From NCBI GenBank assembly GCA_951406725.2, contig OX597823.1, forward strand, positions 117,118,001-117,182,000: 64,000 bases of DNA, given 5' to 3'. Position numbers and translations under genes: made by a program. The DNA is from Octopus vulgaris (taxonomy: Eukaryota). Below the pieces are notes generated by a model that was not told the origin of the DNA, did not search any database, and saw only the letters and a program-made list of their open reading frames with translations. Positions 1 through 12,337 of the stretch are shown in pieces; the first letter of the stretch is position 1, and the number at the start of each line of letters is the position of its first letter.

Positions 1-243
1 CATCTTCAGTCTCTAGCTCCTTACAAACTTTGTAGACGAAAGATCTGGTAACTTTTAAAAACCAAGCTATTTCTAAATAACTATGCTCAGCCTTTACAAC
101 CACATTATCAGCATACCTCTTCATTTTTTGAGTAAGCTGAGGGTCTGCCGTTATTTTTTTCTGAAACACAGATTATACAGAGTTAGCAAAAAATGCAGCA
201 ATGACCCCCAAATGGTATGCCCTCAAATATCTTATGCATCCTG
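1..243 (-). mobile_element. Tc1/mariner (maT/DD37D-like) transposon 5' end with HTH fragment
   Basis: Minus strand reads TA|CAGGATGCATAAG... (TIR-like end), then MKRYADNVVVKAEHSYLEIAWFLKVTRSFVYKVCKELE, resembling the N-terminal HTH of maT-like transposases; runs off the window edge. Confidence 0.55.
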
Positions 244-299
244 TATATAATATACCTGTATTTATATTTATATTCAATTGAAGCCTTCCAGAATCTAGG

Positions 300-1175
300 G
301 ATCCATCTCTGAAGACAGCCTCCTAGATACTCAAAAGTGTTTTGAGTTTTTCATATGTCTATCCTTGAGCAGGTATAAACATAACTATGGTCTTCTTTTG
401 GCTTATTGCAAATCCAAAAGCAAAGCAAGTACCAAAAGAGAGGCTTATTATTTTCTGAATATCCTGTTCTGATTAAGAGACAAAAGCACACAATTGTCAA
501 CTTACAACAATTTCAAACAAGAGTAATAAAGGCCTTTTGTTTTGCTTTGAAATGTTTCAGATTCGATAGTTTACTTGCTGTGAACAAAGATACCTAGATC
601 GCAATCTTTGAACCATGAGCGATCACCACTTTGACAAATATGGAGAACAAAGTTAGCAAGGATATATTATCCTGTTTAATACCATTGAATCAGTTCCAAA
701 AGAGCGCCATTTGATTTGAAGCAGCCCTTCATAACAGTGAGAAACACATCAACAAATATAGGTGGGCACCCACAACTTTCCCATGATTCTCTGCAATGCA
801 CTTCGATTCACTAAGTCAAAATCTTTTGCTTGTTCAAAAGAATCTTGGTAAAGTGGGCGTCTCTGCTCTATACAATTCTCCTGCACCAACCCAACACTAA
901 AGATCATATCTATCATCTCTCACAACCAGATCTAAATCTACACCGAGATGTCAGGAAATCCCTGGAGCATATGTATGACTGTAACCAGTTCAATTAAATT
1001 CTGGTGAATATTTTGCCAACAATTTCAAGTAAGGAAATATGAAAGTTGGATTCTTTACTGTTTATGGTAAAATCTGTATAGCATCCCTCCAGTCCTGTGG
1101 AAGAAGTGAGTCATTCCACACATTGGCAAATAATGTGGTTACAAGATCAGCCACTACATCCTTACCATCTGTAAT
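300..1175 (-). mobile_element. Old degenerate RTE-clade LINE reverse transcriptase fragment
   Basis: Minus-strand peptides ISLLEIVGKIFTRI, MIDMIFSV..QENCIEQRRPLY, AKDFDLVNR, GCPP, GFAISQKKT and FEYLGG, with many stops and frameshifts. Confidence 0.8.
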
Positions 1176-1440
1176 AATATGCACACACATGTGCATGCAT
1201 ATGTGTGTGCATAATTATGTTCCTCTGCTTTTGAAGACCAGTGGAATAAAATATTTTGATTCAAAAATATGTAAGCATACACAACAAGAAGGTCACCCTG
1301 CCATAAAGTTCTGACTCAACTCCAAATACAACTCATGCTAGCATGGAAAAATGGTTGCTATATATATACATATTTATATCTATACATACACACATATATA
1401 TGCATATTTATATCTATACATGCATACATATATATATATA

Positions 1441-1725
1441 TTATGTGCCCTTTTCAAGCCTAGCCAGGCTCATGTGCTCGGTTTCCTGGTTTTTGTGACG
1501 TATGTGTTCCCCCCAGCTGGACAGGACACCAGTCCATCGCAGCGTTACTCAAGAAACAGGAAGAGTACAACAGGGCGAAAGAGTACAACAGGGGTTGCCA
1601 CCACCCCCTGCCAGAGCCTCGTGGAACTTTTAGGTGTTTTCACTCAATAAACACACAACACCTGGTCTGGGAATCGAAACCACGATCCTCCGACCATGAG
1701 TCCGCTGCCCTAACCACTGGGCCTC

Positions 1726-1728
<3 letters not shown>
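1441..1728 (-). mobile_element. tRNA-derived SINE (family D)
   Basis: Minus-strand head GGAGGCCCAGTGGTTAGGGCAGCGGACTC...GGTTTCGATTCCC with A/B boxes; homologous to 43678-43976. Confidence 0.75.
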
Positions 1729-1778
<50 letters not shown>

Positions 1779-2897
1779 CTTCTTCATCCCCGTCTGTCTT
1801 GATAGACAATGGGTTGCGCCAAGGGTGGGGCCTACTTTGATGATGTGCAGCGTCTGCTGTGACTGAACAGTCCAATTCTAGAGTGGCAGTCCTTGGTACA
1901 GTTGCTGCACACGAACATCGATGGGTACGTGTGGGGTGTTGCTGCAGTTGTCCTCCTGTCCTGCCTGTCCAACCACAGCTGTGCTCTCCTCTCCTCAGCC
2001 ATGGAAATGCCTTTCCTCACCGTCCGACGCCAGGCAGAGCGGTCAGCAGCTGTTTCCTCCCACGTGTCCACACAGATGTTGGCAGTCCTCAGATCGCGCT
2101 TGCACACGTCCCTGTATCGTAATTGTGGACGTCCCTTGGGTCGGGATCCCGTGGTGAGTTCGCTGTACAGGATGTCTTTAGGCATGCGACCGTCCTGCAT
2201 GCGGCAGACGTGTCCGAGCCAGCGCAGTCGTCTCCGCACGAGGAGGGCATACATGCTTGGCATATTAGTCTGTTCCAGGATGACTCCGTTTGGCACTCGG
2301 TCCTTCCAGGAGATGCCAAGGATCCGTTGAAGACACCGCATGTGGAAGCCGCTGAGGCGGCATTCCTGCTGGGTGTATGTTGTCCAGCTCTCGCTGCCGT
2401 AGAGTAGGGTGCTCAGCACGCAGGCTCGGTACACTGCGATCTTGGTGGTTATTATGAGCATGTTGTTTTCCCACACTCTCCTGGAGAGCTTAGCCATGGC
2501 AGCAGCAGCCTTCCCAATCCGTCTGTTCAGCTCCGGCTCGAGGGACAGGCTGCTGGAGACCGTCGATCCCAGGTAAGTGAACTCGTTCACCACCTGCAAG
2601 CTGTGGTCACCGACACTGATGCTGGGGACCCCTCCGACGTCCTGGCCCATGATCTCTGTCTTTTTCAGGCTGATGGTAAGGCCGAACTCTTGGCAGGCAT
2701 CCACCAGGGAGCTGACCAGCCTCTGGAGACTCGGTTGGTTGTGTGATGTCAGGGCGGCATCGTCAGCAAAGAGGATCTCTCTGATCAGCACCTGACGGAC
2801 TTTGGTCTTAGCTCTGAGGCGCGCAAGATTGAACAATCCACCATCAGCCCTGGTGTGGAGGAACACTCCGTCGTCGGACGTTCTGAAGGCATAGGAC
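1779..2897 (-). mobile_element. Young 5'-truncated RTE (BovB-like) LINE
   Basis: Uninterrupted frame 1832-2896 with LFADDAAL, FTYLGS, LLYGSESW, RLRWLGHV, RPKGRP and a C-terminal CxxC..HxxxC; short 3' UTR with hairpin TGTCT-ATCA-AGACA and GAAGAAGA tail; inserted next to (TA)n; visibly GC-rich relative to flanks. Confidence 0.95.
1832..2896 (-). pseudogene. RTE ORF C-terminal half (RT domains 5-7, thumb, Zn knuckle), lacking its own start
   Basis: ORF 1832..2935; the first 12-13 codons come from flanking DNA and element homology begins at SYAFRT. Confidence 0.9.
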
Positions 2898-3204
2898 ATA
2901 TGTATGTATGTAATCAGATATAGATGTACGAGCATACTTAAATGTATAAATGAAACATAGAGTCATATAAGATAATAGAATTTGAATCTTGACATTAGTG
3001 TTAAAAAAATTAATAGAAACTGCTAAAAAATTTGCAAGTACCATCAGAAAAATATTTCTTATAAAATCAGGTATATATAGTGGATGTTTAGTAAGGCTAT
3101 TATGCAATAAACGATAAGAAGAGTTGAAAAATAATCATATAAAGCAATGGGCAACGCTACTAGAAAGATAATCATCAAAAGTATAAGCTAAAAGGGGCCT
3201 TCAA

Positions 3205-3847
3205 CCCCTTAGCTTTCAGATTATTCTGTCAAATGTAATGCTCTTTCATTCACATTGTTTTTCATTGATCATATATTACTCTTTACTCTTTTACTTGTTT
3301 CAGTCATTTGACTGTGGCCATGCTGGAGCACCGCCTTTAATCGAGCAAATCGACCCTGGGACTTATTCTTTGTAAGCCCAGTACTTATTCTATCGGTCTC
3401 TTTTGCCGAACTGCTAAGTTACAGGGACGTAAACACACCAGCGTCAGTTGTCAAGCAATGCTAATGGGACAAACACAGATACACAAACATACACACACAT
3501 ACTCACACACACATACATATATATATATATACACGACAGGCTTCCTTCAGTTTCCATCTACCAAATCCATGCACAAGGTTTTGGTTGGCCCGAGGCTATA
3601 GTAGAAGACACTTGCCCAAGGTGCCATGCAGTGAGACTGAACCCAGAACCATGTGGTTGGTAAGCAAGCTACTTACCACACAGCCACTCCTGCGCCTATT
3701 ATCTCATAGCTTTGATATTTCGATGATGTGATAGTATATTTTTAAAATGGCATTGAAGGGTAGGTGTGACAGGCTGGATCTGGCTGGATAGAGCATAAAA
3801 CAAATAGCATATGTGGGCCAGGTATGGTCAGTTTAAATGCTGAAGGG
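3205..3847. mobile_element. piggyBac-like MITE interrupted by a SINE
   Basis: Ends (TCAA)CCCCTTAGC...GCTGAAGGG(TTAA); SINE A inserted at 3278-3697; partial inverted copy at about 38505-38710. Confidence 0.65.
3278..3697 (-). mobile_element. SINE family A (tRNA-like head, CCTTGGGCAAG CORE-like motif, central TA/TG microsatellite, CR1-like tail)
   Basis: About 15 homologous copies in the window; (GAGTAAAA)n tail. Confidence 0.9.
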
Positions 3848-3941
3848 TTAAAATAAGACCAGCTTAAATGTAGTATAAACAGTTAGTGGTGCACTTGGTT
3901 TAATATGTTAACCATAAGAGTAGTAATAATTTAGTATACAT

Positions 3942-4103
3942 AGGCGTAGGAGTAGCTGTGGTAAGTAGCTTGTTTACCAACCACATGGTTTCGGGTTCAG
4001 TCCCACTGTGTGGCACCGTGGGCAAGTGTCTTCTACTAGAGCCTCGGGTCAACCAAAGCCTTGTGAGTGGATTTGGTAGACGGAAACTGAAAGAAGCCCG
4101 TTG

Positions 4104-4142
<39 letters not shown>

Positions 4143-4361
4143 ATATGTTTGTGTGCCTGTGTTTGTCCTCCCAACATCACTTGACAGCCGATGCTGGTGT
4201 GTTTACGTCCCCGTAACTTAGCAGTTCAGCAAAAGAAACCGATAGAATAAGTACTAGGCTTACAAAGAATAAGTCCTGGAATCGATTTGCTCGACTAAAG
4301 GTGCTCCAGCATGGCCACAGTCAAATGACTGAAACAAGTAAAAGAGTAAAAGAGTAAAGAG
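3942..4361 (+). mobile_element. SINE family A
   Basis: Full-length copy, head-to-head with 3278-3697. Confidence 0.9.
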
Positions 4362-5389
4362 AAATACATATAAGGAAAAAAACATAACAAACATTTATAC
4401 AGCAAAAACCTTGTTGCTACCTTCATAAATTGTGTGTGGAGTAATTGAAGTAACTCAAAGGACAAGATAAAGGTGATAGCAGAGACATCAGCATCAGTTC
4501 TGATGGTAGTGAGGGTGGAAAAGACAATGGCAGTAACATTGGGGTTGATGGTGAATGGAGAAAGAGAGAGAAAGAGAAAGATAGAGGATTCCCAGAAGTG
4601 AGGGGCCGACTGGCATCACTGTATCTTTAGTTACCTCCCTCTCTCATTCCCAGCCTCTCTCTGTATCTTTCTCAATTCACCATTTCCAGCATCAACATCA
4701 CTTCCACTGTCAGCCCTACCATATCAACTAACAGATTTTTATGTACATTTGTATACATGTGTGTAGATAGTTATGCATTTGCTGTGATGAGTATATATGC
4801 CTATGTATCAGTCTATCTTACTATTTATCTTTATAACTTCATATACCTGCCAACATGTGACACAAAGCCATCTCAGGTACACACACATACAAATATACAT
4901 TCTCTCACACAAACACATAACTATGCTCACAGTACCTATGATATTATTATCATTAATTGAGCATCATAACTTCACAATGCATATCAAGTAAATAAAGATA
5001 TGTCATAATAAACCTCAGTAGATATTAAAGTCAATATCTGGAACCAGATTTGGCTAAAGTGTAATGATCAAAGGGAGGAGGTCAATGTACCTGTCTATTA
5101 CAGGTAATAGTCATATCTGACACATGATTTCACATTTTAGAAGAGACACATACATGAATGGGCACCACAGTAAATGTACAGTTGCTCTCACACACACAAA
5201 CGCACACACACAGACCCACACACACAAACGCACACACACAGACCCACACACACAAGCGCACACACACAAATGCACACACACAGACTCACACACACATGCA
5301 TTCATATCAAAATATTTGCCAAAGCATAGAAGAGTTAATTCTTGCAAAGGACATTTAATTAGAACAACCTCATTTGACCAGGTTACATT

Positions 5390-5925
5390 CATCATCATCG
5401 TTTAACGTCCGCTTTCCATGCTGGCATGGGTTGGACGATTTGACTGAGGGCTGGTGAACCAGATGGCCACACCAGGCTCCAGTCTTGATCTGGCAGAGTT
5501 TCTACAGCTGGATGCCTTTCCTAATGCCAACCACTCCGAGAGTGTAGTGGGTGCTTTTACGTGCCACCGGCACGGGAGCCAGTCACGCGATACTGGCAAC
5601 GACCTCGCTCAAATGATTTCCCATGTGTCACCGGCACAAGTGCCAGTAATGCGACGCTGGTAATGATCACACTCGAATGGTGCCTGTTATGTGCCACCAG
5701 CACAGAAGCCAGTTAGCTGCTCTGGCAACAATCACGCTCGGCTGGTGCTCTTTGCACCCTACTAGCACGGGGCACAAGTGCTAGTAAGGTGACGCTGGTA
5801 ACAATCACACTCGAATGGTGCCTTTTATGTACCACTGGCACAGAAGCCAGTTAGCCACTCTGTCAACGATCACGCTTGTATGGTGCTCTTTGCGCATCAC
5901 TAACACGATGCCCCGCTAGCACATT
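5390..5925 (-). mobile_element. SINE/non-autonomous family B (RTE-type tail ending (GAT)n, internal GTGCCACCGGCAC minisatellite)
   Basis: Motif GGTTGGCRTTAGGAAGGGCATCCAGCTGTAGAAAC...CCATGCYAGCATGGAAAGCGGACGTTAAAC(GAT)n recurs more than 12 times in the window. Confidence 0.8.
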
Positions 5926-6795
5926 GGATGACAAAATTGATAGAGCACAAGAACAGAGAACAGTAGAATTGGCAGAGCATCCTGGTGGTCAATGTTGGAA
6001 TTTGTATAGCATTAAAACAGTAGATGGTAGAAATAGAACATCAGGGCAATGAATTGTAGAACTGGTAGAGTATCAGAATGGTGGACTAGCAGAGTAGGTA
6101 TAATAATAGACCAAATGCCTTTTAGTATTTAGTTATGTCCCATTAAAGTCTGAGAACAAATCTTACCAGGTTCAACTTTGACTTTGTACCTTCCACAATC
6201 ACTGAATTTGTACCAGTCAAACCTTGGATTCAGCATAATCAATTATACACTTTCCAAAACTGTAAAATCTTGTGCCAGTTAGCTAAGAATATTACCTGTA
6301 ATCAACAGCCGAATAACAGACAGGTAAATTGAGCTCTTACCTTTGATTGTCACATTTTAACCAAATCTTGTTCTAAGTCATCATCATCACTTAACATCCA
6401 TTTTCCATGAAAATATGGAATGGACAGTTTGACAGGAGCTGTCAACCTGAGGGGCTGTCCAGGTTCCATGTCTATTTTGGCATAGTTTCTATGGCTGGCT
6501 GCCCTTCTTAATACCAACCACTTTACAGAGTGTACTGTGTACTTTTATGCAGCACCAACCTGAGTGCTTTTTACGTGGCACCAGCACCTATGAACCCGCA
6601 AAATTAGGGATACTCAGCTGGAGAGGGTTGCAGGGGGTGAGCCTGTATGCAAGGGTAGCTCCACTTTTACTTAGCTTGTTGTGTCTTTTTGAGCCCATCA
6701 AACTGCCAACAGTTTCAGTCCCCTGTCATCCCTTCTGTCTGTCCCAATATCTGTAAATATTGATTCTTATATCAATTCAGATTTATTTTGACATA

Positions 6796-7306
6796 CCGTA
6801 AATCCTCGAGTATAATCCGCATTTTTTTCCCAAAATTTAAAGGTCAAAATCCCTAGTGAGTACTATATACGAGGTTAAAAATGATAATTATTTTCTAAGC
6901 AATGTCCAAGTCTCTATTAGCTGTCCAGCAATGTTTATTTAGACGCATTTTGTGATGTAGGGTGTGAAAATACCTTAAGCTAAGCCTGAAAGCAATGAAG
7001 TCATAAAATAATCATCCATAACTTGCAGTTAGCAACATTTATTAAACGTTATTACTGTTATTTCTTTATTTTCTGCAAGTAAAATGCACAAAAAGCTACA
7101 CGTTTGCATTATGTTATATATGCAATAATAATAAAGGACATTACCGTATACAGTTTTACAAACCAAGGACGTTATATAGACCTCCTTGATTCAAGTTAGA
7201 GAAGGGGTGCATATTATACACAAGGTTTAGGCTTTTCAGAGTTACAGCCCCCTAAAAATCCCCTACATATTATACTCAAGAGCGGACTATACTCAAGGAT
7301 TTATGG
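6796..7306. mobile_element. Tc2/pogo-like non-autonomous DNA transposon (MITE)
   Basis: TIRs CCGTAAATCCTCGAGTATAATCCGC / GCGGACTATACTCAAGGATTTATGG flanked by TA on both sides. Confidence 0.85.
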
Positions 7307-7649
7307 TAGTTCATATGTGTAGTGAAGTTATGTTGCTTGATTAATGATAACAATGTCATCAGTTCAGACATTACTTAAGTGATTGTGTTGTATTCTCAGA
7401 GTGGAGAAGACTTGTGTCATACAGTTTGCTTAAATAAGGCATGAGCCACCTTTTCTGAGAAGCATGCAACAGAGATATGGCTGAACAGTGGGGCAGGCAG
7501 CACTACTAAAAAGATACGAGATAACCTTTTGTTAGGGATGTCATTGAGAATGCCTCACAGTTTGCCCCTAACTGGCCACAATGAACAGATTCTACTTTTA
7601 CTTCAGAGTTGTTGTTGCTGTTTGACCCCAGGTCAGCACTGACCAAATA

Positions 7650-8003
7650 AACCCTTCTAGTTTGTGACCCAGCATGGCTGGAGAAAGGGGCAGTGCTTAA
7701 AGCCTTTGCAGGCCCTTTGAGACCTAAACAAAGGCATTCAATCTTTATCCATCCTGTCTTTTTGTGTATCTAGGACTACATTGTTTACTGCTTCCCTCTT
7801 TTTTTTTTAAGATGGAGGAAGCTAGCTGCTATTTCTAACTGGTGAAGCAATTTAGTTGCTTCATTGTTGAATTGTCAGTAAAGAAATAAAAAGAAAAAAA
7901 CAAGGAAAAGGAGAAAAATAAATGTTTTGGTCTCAAAGGGCCAGCAAAGGCTTTAAGCACTGCCCCTTTCTCCAGCCATGCTGGGTCACCAACTAGAAGG
8001 GTT
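7650..8003. repeat. 81-bp inverted repeat (7650-7730 / 7923-8003)
   Basis: Arms are reverse complements with 3 mismatches by manual alignment. Confidence 0.9.
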
Positions 8004-8434
8004 CAGTCAAACAAATCAACTAACATCAGTATTTATTTTCCTTTTTAAGCCTGGAACTTCTTCATTTCGCCCTCTTTTGTAGAAACACTAACTTAAAGGA
8101 TCTACACAAACCATCACCTGTTGTCAAATGGTGAGCAAAGAACTTAAAAACAAAGACAAACACACACACACATCTGACAGGTTTCCTCATAGTTTCTACC
8201 AGCCAAATTCTCTCACAAGGCATCAGTCAGCCTGAGTCCATAGTAAAAGACACTTGCCCCAGGCTCCATGCAGCAAGCTTCTTAACAACACAGCCACGTC
8301 TGCATCTAATAAATAACATTTTATAAATAGCATGCAGAAAATAAATGGTGAGGTGTAGGAACTGGTTCCATTTATAAACAGAAATTACTTCAAGAAATAC
8401 AAAAGATTTCAAAACCACTAGTTTGAATATTATT

Positions 8435-8570
8435 GCTGGCATCCAACTGTAGAAACTCTGCCAGATCAAGATTGGAGCCTGGTGCAGCCATCTGGTTCGC
8501 CAGTCCTCAGTCAAAATCGTCCAACCCATGCTAGCATGGAAAGCGGACGTTAAACGATGATGATGATGAT
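8435..8570 (+). mobile_element. Family B 3' fragment
   Basis: GGCATCCAACTGTAGAAAC...GTTAAAC(GAT)n. Confidence 0.8.
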
Positions 8571-8699
8571 GGGCAACGAGCAATGAAATGTTTATTTTTT
8601 TGAATGATTATCAGACCAGGTAACACCCAGAGAGTACCACCCTCAGTATGTTAATATACCCAGGGAGTACCATTTTCAATATGTAAATATACCTTGAGA

Positions 8700-8972
8700 G
8701 TAAAGGATAAAGATCACCTTCGGTCATGAATGACCATGGGATTGCTCCTAAAAAGCTCGCCTCTGAGGCATAAATCTGGGTTGGGTTGTATATGGAAAAC
8801 CAGCAGTCTCCCAAACATAGCAGCACCCCTTCTCCCTGCCAGTGATGTTATCCAAGGGAAAGCCAAACGCCAATACAGTTTGGTACCAGTGACAAAGTGA
8901 AATAAAGTGTCTTGCTCAAGAACACAACATACGACCCAGACCAGGAATTGAACTCATGACTGTGAGCCCAAC
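8700..8972 (-). mobile_element. tRNA-derived CORE-like SINE (family E), partial
   Basis: Reverse-complement homology to 46984-47326. Confidence 0.65.
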
Positions 8973-9207
8973 ACTCACCACCTTCGATACAGCAACCATG
9001 ACTTGCTGTGTCTTTAGATTTTATTCAGTGTTTTTTACCTGTCAAGATTTCTCTCCTTAAGACATGTTTCTCCTGATTACATAGAATAGTTTTGTATTCT
9101 TTTTTTTTTTTCTGTTAGTCTCTTTATCTTCCTCTCTATTCTATCTTCTTGTATTTGTGTCTCATTTATAAGTAATGAAACAACCAACATTCAAATCTAG
9201 TCATAGT

Positions 9208-9340
9208 CAGGTGACATTTTTTTTCAATTTACACCTGTGCCATTAGGTAATGTATTTTACTTTTACACCTGTATAATCAAGTGACATATTTTACATTTAC
9301 ACTTGCATCATCAGGTGACACATTTTACATTTTTCACCTG
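9208..9340. repeat. Four ~34-bp tandem units, each CAGGTG...CACCTG
   Basis: Degenerate tandem repeat seen directly. Confidence 0.75.
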
Positions 9341-9779
9341 TAATAATTACCAAGTAATTATTGAAATCTACCACATCACAAGTGTTTCATTTCCTTCCAT
9401 AATTTCAAGAGTTATGTTCTTAATCTACAACTAGTCTGACATTCTCTGCCACAGTTATTGGCAGGTGATGCTGCTGCTTGAGGCTTACACTAAGAAGAGA
9501 AATGCGAGAGTGTAATAAAGAAGAAGAAGAATCTAAATTGATATCTGTGTGAACGATTGAGAAATAGTCTTTTACCAACTTTGTAGCACTGCAGTAACAC
9601 ATTTAATATCTCAAGGCCTTCAAGATAGACATTTATTGAATTTGTCTACTAAAAGCTGTTCAGTTTTGTCAACAGTGCAATGAGTTTGCTGTTATTTTAT
9701 GGAGTAAAAGAACAAGCTGAATGAGCGATGTGTCTGCTGTCATATTAATTGATTATGCGACTGTTTCCCGTTGCTTCAA

Positions 9780-9816
<37 letters not shown>

Positions 9817-10972
9817 ACTCTTTCATCAATATTATGTGACTGTTTCCTATTGCTTTGACAGTGTATGTGTGTATGAGTGTGACTATTTGTAGGTGTGGTG
9901 GGGGAAGGGACTGTATCATCAATATTACTTGACAAAATGCCAGGTAATCCTTTCAAAAAATATTTATTTTGATCACTGGTACTGATAGCCTGTTTCCCTA
10001 AACAGAGCTTCTGAAGTTATTCTCTTCATAAATACATCAATAATGTTGTCATATTCAATATTACCATCTCTCTTGGGGAGCACCAGATCAGTGAAGAAAG
10101 ATTCTGATAAATATTTGTGGAGAAAACAAGAACAATAGAAAAACAAATGGTGTGTATGCAAATAATTTGATATGAAAAAGAATATTTACTCACCAGAGAG
10201 AAAAGGAGAGAGAGAGACAGAGACAAAGGCTTAATATATTGAGAAAAAAGACACCAAACTTGCTTTTGATTTTATTTTATTGTAGAGTCTGCTTCATAAA
10301 ATGACAATCATTGTAATTTAAGTATCGTGTTTTTGAATAGCACTAGACTGAGATTTATGAGTGAAACTACATTGGAGAAACAATATTAAACCTTAACTTC
10401 CAGCTTAGATAAAATGGAAAGGGAGAAAGAAAAAAAAAATCTCAAATGATAACCGATGCTAAAATAGAAGAATATCTAAATCCTAATCATAAATGGACCA
10501 CAAGGCCATATTTTTTCTTTTCATGAAGTAGATAGCAATTTTAGAAGGTAAACATGGGATTGTTGCAGTAGAATATTATGGAGCAAAAGCATTAGAAATA
10601 GGAGAGATTTAAAAGAAAAATTTGTTTCTACTAAAAATTGAGATTGATTCAAGTCTATAAAATAAATCCTTGTAATAATGGAAGGAATAAAAATAAAATG
10701 ATTCAGGTAAATATACAGGAAGTCTCTAGAATATATGATGACATTAAGAAATACTAAACTTGCCTAATGACAGGCATTGCTGAAAAATAATAGAAAAATA
10801 ATATAAATAATTTTTTAAAAAAGTGAATTTGGATGACCTCCACTTCAAACCCAAGGTTGCTTAAAAATAATATATTTGAAAATAATATTTTTTTTTAAAT
10901 GGTCACCTGAATGACTTATGTTAGTATACTTTGGGTGTAAAATAAAGAAATCATCATCATCATCACCATCAC

Positions 10973-11006
<34 letters not shown>

Positions 11007-11084
11007 TTGTATGGAAAATATTAATGCCAAAAATTCTGGCAAATATTTCTGATTGAAACAAACTGCCATCCCCAACAACTGCAG

Positions 11085-11166
<82 letters not shown>

Positions 11167-12150
11167 CACATGCATACATACATGTAAATGCACATATATA
11201 ATAGACATTATGTATGTGTATGTGTGTTTATAAAGAAGAAAAAAAAGGTAGGGAGAAAGAAAGAAAGGTAGACTTCTGCAAAAGGTGATTTCATAGGTAT
11301 ACTTAGAAGTCAATGTTTCGATAAATTTGGAAGTATAATAGCATATTTCGAGCTACGAGGGAACCGAAATAAATATTGGCTCTTGAACAAGATCAATTTA
11401 TAAAAGTGAGATTCTATGTTTGTGGTTGTTAGTATTTTGTGAAAAATGCATGATCTGAATGAGAAGGCAGAACAATAAAATACCATAGATGAGTGATTTA
11501 GTCATAACAATAAAATTTTCTGCCTCAACGAGAACTTTCAAGCAACTTGTAACCTTATTTCTGATTTATTATCTTCTGTCTACCACACCTATAAATGTAT
11601 ATTGGAAATTCAATGAAAAACTAAGAAAAAACAATCAAATAAACGGAAAAAATATGCAACAAAAAACATCATAAACGAGTAATAATATAGAGATGTTTTA
11701 GAAATTCTGCGATACAAAGGTATCTATTTGCAGTATCGTATCAAAGCAAATAACTTATTGAAAATCCATTGGTTTATATCTAATTCTCTCATTTATAAAT
11801 GCAGATTTTTCAGAAAACCATTCCCCTGTTTATTACATCAAACTCCTTCCTAAATAGTTTGAAATATGTAACAAAAGCTATAAACTTGATGTGTAGCTAT
11901 TGAGGCACGTGCCTATGTGTATATGTGTGCGTCTCATTGCACATATGCTCTTATGCATGCACACATATACAGAAAGACAAAGAGTGAATTCATTATTTTC
12001 AATATATCTGTAAAACAGCAATTCTCATTGTAATATGTACACACACATATACAAATTCACACACACACACACACATACATATATACCCACACATGCACAC
12101 ATATATATATCTACAGAAAAAGATGATCATGCATATACACAATTATTCAG

Positions 12151-12185
<35 letters not shown>

Positions 12186-12221
12186 TTTGTATGTATATAT
12201 GTACATATGCATATATATACA

Positions 12222-12256
<35 letters not shown>

Positions 12257-12288
12257 GCATACACATACATAGAACAAAGATGAATATG

Positions 12289-12330
<42 letters not shown>

Positions 12331-12337
12331 TATATAC

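Noticed and set aside
1859-2795. Plus-strand ORFs over the RTE
   Set aside because: Antisense shadows of a GC-rich RT ORF.
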